Positions 52,473 to 61,065 of a stretch of DNA of 64,000 nucleotides are shown here, piece after piece. Origin of the DNA: a virus. The notes beneath the pieces were generated by a model. That model did not search any database, had not been told where the DNA came from, and saw nothing but the letters and a program-made list of their open reading frames with translations. A program made the position numbers and the translations under genes. Each line of letters begins with the position of its first letter. Within the stretch, counting starts at the first letter, position 1. Where the stretch lies: IMG/VR virus record IMGVR_UViG_3300017971_000020. One strand, written 5' to 3'.

Positions 52473-55400
52473 ATGGCTACGATATTTACTTGCGAAGTAG
52501 GCCCAGGGCAGACTGATTACACGTCATTCTCTGCGTGGGAATCAGCAGTAGACGGTAACTACACTTCATCGGGTACCATTATGGTATTCGGTGGTTCGCG
52601 TGTAGGATCTGTACCGGATGGGCAGAGTGTAACGGGGTCTAATTCAGGAGCGACAGGGACATGTTTGCACTGTACTGCTACACAAATTTGTGTGGTAGTG
52701 AACAGTGGGACGTTTGAGTCTGGGGAAGAAATACGGCGTAATGCATCGCATTACTTTTTGACATCTGATGCTGGTGATTCAGCAATTCCAAAAGCGGCAC
52801 TTGGCACAGATGGTGATGCGGAAGATGATCAATACTTTGGTGGTTGGACATTAGACTCGACCAACTATTGTATTCTTGCAGCTGCCTCGGGGCATGAGGC
52901 GCCAATAGATGGTTACGACTCAAATCTGTACCGATTTGAAACCGACACAACTAGTGGGTGGAAGGCGGCGCTTTATTTAGATGAAAACGATGTTCATGTA
53001 GAGAACTTACAGTTTAATAACTCCACTGGCTCTAACATGTGTATCGGGATACACGCTGCCTACGCTGGAGTTGTAGTTTCTGGCTGCCGTATCCATAAAA
53101 GTAATGGAACCTCTACATCTGCATATTACGGTATACGCTACTACGACGATATAGAGGTATATAACTCTGTCTTTGAAATGAAGACGTCGAGTAATACTAG
53201 AGGTCTATGGGCAGCTAGTGGGAATACCACCACAACAAAGATTTACAACAATGTCTTTAGAGGCGACGGTACAGGTACTGGATTTTATGGTCAGAGTGCA
53301 AATGCTGCGGTTCTTCGTAATAACTTCTTTTATGGGTTCAGCGACGACATGTTGCTGGAAAGCGGGGACACCAGCGACTACAACGCTTCAGACGACGGCG
53401 ATGGAACAAATGCATACACGGCTACAGACTTAGATGACAATTTTGTAGACGCTGCGAATGGTGATTTTACGCTGGTGTCTGGAGCTGGCGTTATTGGACA
53501 AGGCATAGGGCCTGGGGCAACTGACGGAACAGATGTCCCAACTACAGATATAGAAGGGACAACACGGTCTGGTACCACTTGTGATATCGGCGCTTATGAA
53601 TACCCATCAGTGGCAACGACAAGTGTATCTACAACAGCGTCGAGTTCTCTTTCAACAACAGCCAGCTCTTCTTACTCCAGCACCGCTTCAAGCTCGTATT
53701 CAAGCACAGCCAGCTCATCTTTTTCCTCTACGGCATCGACATCGGCTTCTGTTTCGCAAACCGACCCGCCATTATTTGACACAGAAACGTATTTGGAGAT
53801 CGATTCCGGAGATTTAACTGGTGGGACCGGTACAGTAATGGACGAGGTCTCCGGTATATGCCATGCGATTGACCGGGACTATATAGCCGTAGTTGACGAC
53901 AACGGCGCAATGAGGGAATACTCCCGACAATTTGAAGCGGTACAGGCTGGTGAAGTAAGTCTCCCCGGAGGCACTGGCGATGGGCAGTTTGACGATGTTG
54001 AGGGAATAGTCTATGTAGGTGACTGGTTTACCGATTGGGATTATTGCATATTAGACGAAGGTGATGGCACTAGCCCTACGCGCTTGCATTTCTTCCCATT
54101 TTCTCCAGGACAAACATCACTAAGCTCTGGGGATGTAACCACTTATGAATTACCTAAAATCCCCTTTTACTCAGGGACGTATGGTGGGGAGGGTGCCGAA
54201 GGTGTTGCGTTTGATCCAAATACCGGAAAGTTCTATGTGTCCAACCAGTCTGATACACAGGCGGATGCTGGTATTTGGGAAGTAGATATTACCGTTGCGG
54301 ACACTGACGGTAATCCTGAACATAACCTTTTGTATAGTTATGTCGGCGCCGGTATTGTTAACTCAACTGATGGCGTTGCCTCCCCCGTCGCGATAGCAGA
54401 TCTTTTCCATGGATCAATGATCGGTGGTGGGCTGTCTTATGATCGATCCCTGTTTATCCTATTTAGAGACACTACGGCCGATAGGCGGGTAGTTGTTCAG
54501 GTAGACACTAGTACCGGTACGGTTTTAGGCAGTCACCACCAGCACGGTTTAGCCGGGCAAGTGGAGGGGATGTGTTTTGATTCACTGGCATCCCGTGGAG
54601 ACCTGTTTGTTTGTGGCGAAGAAGCGTCTATGGGCGCGACGAATATCGTTCGCTATAGCTTTCAGGGAGGCGGCCCGTCGACTTCGCTGTCAACTTCTAT
54701 AACAACTACTGCTTCAACGTCAGCATCAGTTACTCCCCCTCCTGTTCCTGATACGGTTGTCGAGGTTGCTTTCGGGGCAAGTTGGCGCCATGACGACCAA
54801 AATATTGATCGTACGGATGATCAAACAGATGGCGCTTTTTATGACCTTGTGTACGATACATCAGACTGGACCTATCCTGAACAATCTGAAACAGATCATA
54901 ATGCCGCTTATTATTATGGTGCTATTAGTTCATTAGAGACGGATATCTCTCTGGGGACAAATATCCCTAGTCAGTCAGGCAATGCGGACACTCGGCCATT
55001 ATACTTCGTTCATGATTTTGAGCTGTCTAATGTTTCCGCAATCACAGAAGCATACATAGACCATCTGGGTGAAGACGGGATATATGTTTGGTTAAACGGG
55101 ACCCTATTAACTAGCGACAATGTTACAGGTGCATTTTCGCATGGTATGAATGCTGATAGTGCTAGAAGTCCCGAGGGGCAGTCAATAAAATACAACCTAG
55201 ACACAGATGAGCTTGACTTATTTATAGAAGGGACTAATAGGCTCGCTGCTGCAGTCATTGCTGTAAATAATACGAGTTCTGATGCTATTTTTGATATGCG
55301 GCTGGTTGTTACGAGGCTTGCTTCCGAGACAACATCAGTATCAACTACCGCTTCAAGCTCCTATAGCTCTACGGCTTCAAGCTCCTACAGTTCTACTGCC

Positions 55401-58400
55401 TCAAGCTCCTATAGTTCTACCGCTTCAAGCTCCTATAGCTCTACGGCTTCAAGCTCCTACAGTTCTACTGCCTCAAGCTCCTATAGTTCTACCGCTTCAA
55501 GCTCACTCAGCACCACAGCTTCAAGCTCTTACAGTTCTACAGCTTCAAGCTCCTACAGTTCTACTGCTTCAAGTTCCTACAGTTCTACCGCTTCAAGTTC
55601 CTACAGTTCTACCGCTTCAAGTTCTTATAGCTCTACGGCCTCAAGTTCACTTAGTACCACAGCCTCTTCCAGTGTTTCAACAGCTTCTACGCCGCCGTTA
55701 TTCTGTGCCGTTGCAGCGTTGTCTTCTACGGAGGAATATCTCGGGGTTCACTTTGAGACAGAAGAAGCTTCTGACGCTTATATAGAATATGGAGTAAGTG
55801 CTGGGACTTACATATATCAGACCACTACCCAAACAAACGAAACAAACTTTAGTTTCGAGATTGGTGGTACTGACTTTAGTCCCGGTGACATGGTTTATTA
55901 CCGGGCACGTATCCGGCTAACTGGTAGCGGTGTATATGCATTGGGAGTACCGCACAGGGCAAGGCTTGCTCGTGCATATTCTGATACGTCAGATTGGACG
56001 TGGGTTTTCGGCGCAGACTCACGAGCAGAAGCAGGCGTAGCAACATCGCCAGAATTTAAAAATGATTTCTGGCCGGCGGTTGGATATCCAGAATATCCCG
56101 ATGACGAATTTCTTGTGTTTGGCGGTGATTGGTTACAAACCGGCACTGGTACTGATTATTGGCGAGCAGCGAGAAATGATACACAAGGGATAGGCCTTGA
56201 AAACGAGAAAGGCGGCGACCTTCCTGTATTTCAAGTGGTTGGGAATCATGAGCGCGACGAGCTTACAGGGAACCGTGATGCCCGCGTAGACCTTTACCCA
56301 TTAGGCGTATTCCTTAACCTCCCATACCAGCAAAATGATACAGATGACCCGTCAGCCCCAGGTTGGTATCAGCGTTATTACTATCACACATGGGGCAATG
56401 CGTTATTCGTATATATGCCCGACGATCTTGATATATATGAAGACACGGATGGGTATATTCAGTGGCCCGCAATGCGGACCTGGTTTGAGGGTATTTGTGA
56501 ACAGTTCAAATATTACAAATGGAAGTTTGTAATTACCCATACCAGTTCAGATGAGTCTGATCCCAACCACACAAATACGATTGCTGATTATCCATCAAAC
56601 CAGGCATGGTTTAGAAACCTAATAGACGACTATGGGTTTACGGTTCATTGCCATGGCCACTACCATGGTTGGAGATGGCATGAGGCAACAGACGGTTGTA
56701 GAGTTGTATGTGGAAACTTCGGAGCCCCTGTAACACACACAACGGTTGATGAATGGGTATCCGGTGACCCTGAAGGAAGACGCTTCTGGCGCATTAGGAT
56801 GAACCAGGAGTGGATGGGAACCGATGGGTATGTCCATAATGCCGATGCCTGTACATGGGAATGTGTCGACCCATTATCAACAGATACTGAGGTAGAAGAG
56901 TATTACGTAGTATATGCCTCGGATAACCCAGCAGAATCAGGGACAACCAGCTTAACCTCCTCTATATCTACAACAGCTAGCTCATCGTTAAGTACAACAG
57001 CCAGTTCGTCTTACTCAACAACAGCGTCAAGCTCTTACTCCTCAACGGCGAGTTCTTCATATTCAAGTACCGCGTCAAGTTCCTTTAGTTCGACAGCCAG
57101 TTCTTCTTACTCAAGTACAAAGTCGAGTTCTTTTAGTACAACGGCCAGTTCGTCCTACTCAACAACGGCGTCAAGCTCTTACTCCTCAACGGCGAGTTCT
57201 TCCTACTCAAGTACGGCCAGTTCGTCCTACTCAACAACGGCGTCAAGTTCTTACTCCTCAACTGCGAGTTCGTCATATTCGAGTACCGCATCAAGCTCTT
57301 ATTCCACAACAGCCAGTTCTTCTTATTCAAGTACGGCCAGTTCGTCCTACTCAAGCACAGCGTCAAGTTCTTATTCGTCAACCGCCAGTTCTTCCTATTC
57401 AAGTACAGCGTCAAGCTCCCTTAGCACAACAGCCAGTTCTTCCTACTCCACTACCGCGTCGAGTTCTTATTCTTCAACGGCAAGTTCTTCATATTCAAGT
57501 ACTAAGAGTTCGTCATACTCAAGTACCGCATCAAGCTCCTTTTCAAGTAGTTACTCCAGCACAGCTTCCTCATCGTTAACGCTAAGTTCTACGTCCGCAA
57601 GTAGTTCTTTATCAACGACCGCCTCAAGCTCCCTATCCACAACTGCAAGTTCGTCATATTCAAGTACTAAGAGTTCGTCGTTCTCTAGCACTAAGTCAAG
57701 TTCATTTAGTTCGTCTGTAAGCACGTCATTTTCCAGCACGGCCAGTTCGTCATTTTCAAGCACTAAGTCAAGTTCTTTCAGTTCGACGAAGAGTTCGTCA
57801 TTCTCAAGTACCGCCTCAAGCTCGTATTCGTCAACAGCAAGTTCGTCGTACTCAAGCACAGCGTCAAGCTCGTATAGTTCGACTGTCTCGAGTTCATTGT
57901 CGACGACTATGTCGAGTTCCGTATCAACAACAAAGTCGAGTTCGGTGTCTACGACTGTTCCGTGGTATTACGCTTCGGAAATGGACATCACTGAAGATGA
58001 CGGTGTTACAGGGGTAATCGAGTATATAAGAGGTGTTGACGCTGACGAAGTTGTCGTCGACGAGGCTTCTTCCGAGCAGTTTAAGATAGAATTAAGATTT
58101 GGCCTTGCTGGACAAACGGTGTCATCCCCGAGTAGTGACCTGGACGTTTTAATCACGGGTTGGTATGACGGGGATGCATCGCATAACGTCAAACTTGAGC
58201 AATACAACTGGGCGACAACGGACTGGGACAGTGTTACCGCCAGCGCGACAGACTTCCCAAGCGTTGGGTCGGAGCAAAGCTACCAGTTCAAGCTGTTAAG
58301 TTCAGACACCGACAATACATACGAGGACACAGGGCGCATTTATCTACGGATTCACCATACCAGTAGTGGTGAATCTGATTACTATTTCCACCTTGACGAT

Positions 58401-58889
58401 GTCCATTTGGCAGGAACCGTTCCGACAACGTCAGCGTCAACGTCGGTTTCTTCCACCGTGTCAACGTCAGCATCGAGTTCGCTATCGAGTTCGGTTTCCA
58501 CAACGGCAAGTTCGTCTTATTCCAGTTCATTATCGTCAACGGTGTCAACGTCGGCGTCGAGTTCACTATCAAGCTCGGTTTCAACAACTGCGAGTTCGTC
58601 ATATTCCAGTACGGTATCAACGACTGCTTCTACCACCGCTTCGACGACAGCAAGCACTTCTGCAAGCACCACGGCAAGTTCCTCGGTATCGACAACAGCG
58701 TCAACGTCCGCTTCAAGTTCCGTATCAACGACAATGTCAAGCTCCTTCTCTTCTACCGGGTCGACTTCAATGTCAACGCCGATTCCACCGGAAGGAGCCT
58801 TTGACCTTTCATTAAGGGACGAGTCAATAAAACTTGCACTGCGTGACGAATCAATAAAATTAAGCTTACGGAGGCTTTCAGCGTTTTAG
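52473..58889 (+). CDS. giant (2138 aa) modular serine/threonine-repeat protein: beta-helix, propeller-like, beta-sandwich and purple-acid-phosphatase-like metallophosphoesterase domains separated by mucin-like repeats
   Basis: The N-terminal ~375 aa end in 'FVDAANGDFTLVSGAGVIGQG...DIEGTTR...CDIGAYEY', a typical right-handed beta-helix C-cap. 'GGDWLQTG', 'VVGNHERD', 'VITHTSS' and 'HCHGHYHGW' are metallophosphoesterase motifs II-V, preceded by an FN3-like 'YIEYGVSAG...YYRARI'. Four S/T-rich segments use the unit [ST]TASSS[YFL]S. There is no N-terminal signal peptide. Confidence 0.85.
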   Translation: MATIFTCEVGPGQTDYTSFSAWESAVDGNYTSSGTIMVFGGSRVGSVPDGQSVTGSNSGATGTCLHCTATQICVVVNSGTFESGEEIRRNASHYFLTSDAGDSAIPKAALGTDGDAEDDQYFGGWTLDSTNYCILAAASGHEAPIDGYDSNLYRFETDTTSGWKAALYLDENDVHVENLQFNNSTGSNMCIGIHAAYAGVVVSGCRIHKSNGTSTSAYYGIRYYDDIEVYNSVFEMKTSSNTRGLWAASGNTTTTKIYNNVFRGDGTGTGFYGQSANAAVLRNNFFYGFSDDMLLESGDTSDYNASDDGDGTNAYTATDLDDNFVDAANGDFTLVSGAGVIGQGIGPGATDGTDVPTTDIEGTTRSGTTCDIGAYEYPSVATTSVSTTASSSLSTTASSSYSSTASSSYSSTASSSFSSTASTSASVSQTDPPLFDTETYLEIDSGDLTGGTGTVMDEVSGICHAIDRDYIAVVDDNGAMREYSRQFEAVQAGEVSLPGGTGDGQFDDVEGIVYVGDWFTDWDYCILDEGDGTSPTRLHFFPFSPGQTSLSSGDVTTYELPKIPFYSGTYGGEGAEGVAFDPNTGKFYVSNQSDTQADAGIWEVDITVADTDGNPEHNLLYSYVGAGIVNSTDGVASPVAIADLFHGSMIGGGLSYDRSLFILFRDTTADRRVVVQVDTSTGTVLGSHHQHGLAGQVEGMCFDSLASRGDLFVCGEEASMGATNIVRYSFQGGGPSTSLSTSITTTASTSASVTPPPVPDTVVEVAFGASWRHDDQNIDRTDDQTDGAFYDLVYDTSDWTYPEQSETDHNAAYYYGAISSLETDISLGTNIPSQSGNADTRPLYFVHDFELSNVSAITEAYIDHLGEDGIYVWLNGTLLTSDNVTGAFSHGMNADSARSPEGQSIKYNLDTDELDLFIEGTNRLAAAVIAVNNTSSDAIFDMRLVVTRLASETTSVSTTASSSYSSTASSSYSSTASSSYSSTASSSYSSTASSSYSSTASSSYSSTASSSLSTTASSSYSSTASSSYSSTASSSYSSTASSSYSSTASSSYSSTASSSLSTTASSSVSTASTPPLFCAVAALSSTEEYLGVHFETEEASDAYIEYGVSAGTYIYQTTTQTNETNFSFEIGGTDFSPGDMVYYRARIRLTGSGVYALGVPHRARLARAYSDTSDWTWVFGADSRAEAGVATSPEFKNDFWPAVGYPEYPDDEFLVFGGDWLQTGTGTDYWRAARNDTQGIGLENEKGGDLPVFQVVGNHERDELTGNRDARVDLYPLGVFLNLPYQQNDTDDPSAPGWYQRYYYHTWGNALFVYMPDDLDIYEDTDGYIQWPAMRTWFEGICEQFKYYKWKFVITHTSSDESDPNHTNTIADYPSNQAWFRNLIDDYGFTVHCHGHYHGWRWHEATDGCRVVCGNFGAPVTHTTVDEWVSGDPEGRRFWRIRMNQEWMGTDGYVHNADACTWECVDPLSTDTEVEEYYVVYASDNPAESGTTSLTSSISTTASSSLSTTASSSYSTTASSSYSSTASSSYSSTASSSFSSTASSSYSSTKSSSFSTTASSSYSTTASSSYSSTASSSYSSTASSSYSTTASSSYSSTASSSYSSTASSSYSTTASSSYSSTASSSYSSTASSSYSSTASSSYSSTASSSLSTTASSSYSTTASSSYSSTASSSYSSTKSSSYSSTASSSFSSSYSSTASSSLTLSSTSASSSLSTTASSSLSTTASSSYSSTKSSSFSSTKSSSFSSSVSTSFSSTASSSFSSTKSSSFSSTKSSSFSSTASSSYSSTASSSYSSTASSSYSSTVSSSLSTTMSSSVSTTKSSSVSTTVPWYYASEMDITEDDGVTGVIEYIRGVDADEVVVDEASSEQFKIELRFGLAGQTVSSPSSDLDVLITGWYDGDASHNVKLEQYNWATTDWDSVTASATDFPSVGSEQSYQFKLLSSDTDNTYEDTGRIYLRIHHTSSGESDYYFHLDDVHLAGTVPTTSASTSVSSTVSTSASSSLSSSVSTTASSSYSSSLSSTVSTSASSSLSSSVSTTASSSYSSTVSTTASTTASTTASTSASTTASSSVSTTASTSASSSVSTTMSSSFSSTGSTSMSTPIPPEGAFDLSLRDESIKLALRDESIKLSLRRLSAF
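53616..53756 (+). repeat. S/T-rich linker 1 (~47 aa) within the giant gene
   Basis: Translates to TTSVSTTASSSLSTTASSSYSSTASSSYSSTASSSFSSTASTSASVS. Confidence 0.9.
55329..55691 (+). repeat. S/T octapeptide repeat array A (121 aa; 24-nt unit, 72-nt higher-order unit)
   Basis: Exact 72-nt duplication, 55347-55418 = 55419-55490. The peptide is (STASSSYS)n with TTASSSLS variants. Confidence 0.95.
56943..57956 (+). repeat. S/T octapeptide repeat array B (338 aa)
   Basis: About 40 consecutive 8-aa units ([ST]T[AK]SSS[YFL]S), encoded with a different serine codon mix (AGT/TCG/TCT-rich) from array A. Confidence 0.95.
58425..58778 (+). repeat. S/T-rich repeat array C (118 aa, less regular)
   Basis: TTSASTSVSSTVSTSASSSLSSSVSTTASSSYS... 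with an internal ~31-aa duplication (STVSTSASSSLSSSVSTTASSSYSS). Confidence 0.9.
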
Positions 58890-58898
58890 GAGAATATC

Positions 58899-59264
58899 AT
58901 GGCAGAAATGTTAGACCTTGAGCGAATAGGCGTAGATCAAATAAATATGCTTAAGTGGGAAATCTATGATCTTAATGGGTCTACGGCTTTTACACTTGCA
59001 GATTCAGCTACGTGGGAAATCCGGGCACTGTCTTCGGGTTCGGTTATCCTGAGTGGTAGTGGGACAATCAATAATTCTGATACCGATAAGGCGGGAAATA
59101 CCATCCGTACGGTATCCATGACGATTGACACGCACCACACAGATCTTGATATAGGGTATTACTACTTGATTCTTTTCATAGAATTAAGTACACAACAAAC
59201 ACAGTATTTTCGGGTGAACCTCGAAGTTGTGGATGTTCGTGAAATCCGATCGGAGGTGGCGTAA
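58899..59264 (+). CDS. hypothetical (beta-rich) structural-module protein
   Basis: 121-aa ORF immediately after the giant gene. No motif recognised. Confidence 0.5.
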   Translation: MAEMLDLERIGVDQINMLKWEIYDLNGSTAFTLADSATWEIRALSSGSVILSGSGTINNSDTDKAGNTIRTVSMTIDTHHTDLDIGYYYLILFIELSTQQTQYFRVNLEVVDVREIRSEVA

Positions 59265-59650
59265 TGGGTGAATTCCTAAAACCTGAAGAAATGAAGGCCA
59301 AGGCAACAATTGACGTTTTGGCTGAGATGACGGCGGCAGACCTTGACGACCTGTATGTAATTCCTGCAGAACGGACCATTGAAGAAGAGTTTAATCTGGA
59401 CCTGAACACTGACGCGGAACCGTCTTATTGGGCAGGCAGGTTTGTAAGCTATCCCAATATGAGAACCAGCTTCCGTGCAGACTTTCGAAGGGCGGCCATG
59501 ATATTGGTTAATAGAATGGCTGTGAACCGTGATGGGTATGGTAGCCAAAGTGTGGCCGGCGCATCGGTAACCTATGGCAAAAGAATCCCCGAGGAAGTGA
59601 AATCGCTGATGTGGCGCTGGAGACAACCGCCACGGCTATATAGATCATAG
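59264..59650 (+). CDS. hypothetical protein, possible head-tail connector/adaptor
   Basis: 128 aa. Called only from its position next to the head-morphogenesis genes and its size. TAATG overlap with the previous stop. Confidence 0.35.
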   Translation: MGEFLKPEEMKAKATIDVLAEMTAADLDDLYVIPAERTIEEEFNLDLNTDAEPSYWAGRFVSYPNMRTSFRADFRRAAMILVNRMAVNRDGYGSQSVAGASVTYGKRIPEEVKSLMWRWRQPPRLYRS

Positions 59651-59658
59651 AGAACTAA

Positions 59659-61065
59659 ATGCCAATATCCGCTAGTGAGAGAGAAATCCAGCGTTTAGTC
59701 AGATATTATAGGAAAGCCATTCGTGACCTGGCTAAAGGCTTTGCATCTGCAGCGGACTTCGAAAAAGGCCGATTCCTATCCCAGATCCAGGGTACACTTG
59801 GGATCCTGGAAGACCTGGATGCAAAAACCGCAAGATGGGCACAGCGGAATATAGGCCGGTTATACAAGGCAAGCTCCCAGGAAGCTAACGCTACCCTCCT
59901 GCGGAAGCTGGGCGTGTCTAAGAGGGACATAGAGCGCGCCAGGGGCTTTAGCCTAATCAATAACCAGGCAATACAGGCTTTAATGGTAGACCCTGAAGTT
60001 GGTTTTTTGACGGGGACGCGGCAGGCGATACAGCAGATCAAAGACAGAATGCGCCTTATCCGCAATCAAGCAAAGCTGCTAAGGACAAAACAAAAGCTCT
60101 TCGACGAGACCATTGCTCGGGTGGGCTTCTTGGAAGGGAAAAGCCTTCCGGCAGTACGCGACCGAATTGTCGACGAGATGGTTAAGATGAAAAATACGTC
60201 CAATATGGTTTGGACAAAAGCGGCGGCGCAATTGCCTAGTTCTGAGATTGTGTCCAATGTCGCAAACTTGCCATTTGTCAAAGTCCCTATGAAGACCGCC
60301 AAGGATGGATTCCGTCGATTACGCATTGACCGGTATGCGGAATTGTTGGCAAGGACGAAATCGAATCAAGCTGCGAACCTGGCGCGCCGGAACACGTCAC
60401 TGGAGCATAACATACCATTGGTTCAGATATCGAAGAACAAGCCACTACAGGATGATGCTTGTTTCCTTTACATAGGTAAGGTTTTTGCCTTAACCGCTTC
60501 TGGGAAAAGGGAGTTCGGCGTTCCCATGGTTAATGAGTTACCTAATGGTGGGGCGCCGTTTCACCCGAATTGTACGCATACAGAAAATGTATTTGTGCCG
60601 GAATATCACACAGTTGAGGAGTTACGTTTAGCACTTCAACCGCCGCCGGAGTGGGCATTGAATAAAACCTGGGGGCAAGTTCAGAAGGAATATAGTCGAC
60701 GAGTTAAGAAGGGAGGTATCCAGGAAGCCTATAAGGCTAATCCGGCGGCGGAACGTTTTGGAAGGACTACAGGTGGTAGGGAACGGCGTCGCGCAGAAGC
60801 TGGGCTGGAGCCGGATCTTCCGACTATGCCTGAAGTTATTACTCCTCCCGCACAAAAGACCCCTACGGTTTTCGACACGAAACCATCGCCTCAGTCTATA
60901 TTGGTCTCCGGGCCGCCCCCGGTTAGCTTCCAGGTTCCTTCAAACCTGAGTAGTTTGCAGGCCAATGACGCATGGAATGTCGCCATGAAAACGAGTAGCG
61001 TGGCAAAAGATGCGCAAAGTATTCTGGAGGATCTTATCGGGCAATTGTCTAGGATATATGGATAA
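59659..61065 (+). CDS. phage head morphogenesis protein (Mu F / SPP1 gp7 family)
   Basis: 'ELPNGGAPFHPNCTHTENVFVP' corresponds to the conserved 'HPNC(R/T)C/H' motif at the end of the Mu-F domain. Confidence 0.65.
   Translation: MPISASEREIQRLVRYYRKAIRDLAKGFASAADFEKGRFLSQIQGTLGILEDLDAKTARWAQRNIGRLYKASSQEANATLLRKLGVSKRDIERARGFSLINNQAIQALMVDPEVGFLTGTRQAIQQIKDRMRLIRNQAKLLRTKQKLFDETIARVGFLEGKSLPAVRDRIVDEMVKMKNTSNMVWTKAAAQLPSSEIVSNVANLPFVKVPMKTAKDGFRRLRIDRYAELLARTKSNQAANLARRNTSLEHNIPLVQISKNKPLQDDACFLYIGKVFALTASGKREFGVPMVNELPNGGAPFHPNCTHTENVFVPEYHTVEELRLALQPPPEWALNKTWGQVQKEYSRRVKKGGIQEAYKANPAAERFGRTTGGRERRRAEAGLEPDLPTMPEVITPPAQKTPTVFDTKPSPQSILVSGPPPVSFQVPSNLSSLQANDAWNVAMKTSSVAKDAQSILEDLIGQLSRIYG

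Noticed and set aside
55282-57859. Alternative-frame and antisense ORFs inside the repeat arrays, e.g. 55282-55785 (+, 'LQAPIALRLQAPTVLL...'), 57133-57414 (-) and 57551-57859 (-, 'DELAVLENDEL...').
   Set aside because: They are periodic translations of the same 24-nt repeat in other frames or on the other strand. The frame giving [ST]TASSSYS is continuous with the flanking globular domains of the 2138-aa ORF.
55329-57956. Possible CRISPR array, suggested by regularly spaced short repeats.
   Set aside because: The repeats are contiguous 24-nt units with no unique spacers, they are in frame within a long ORF, and no cas genes or leader are present.
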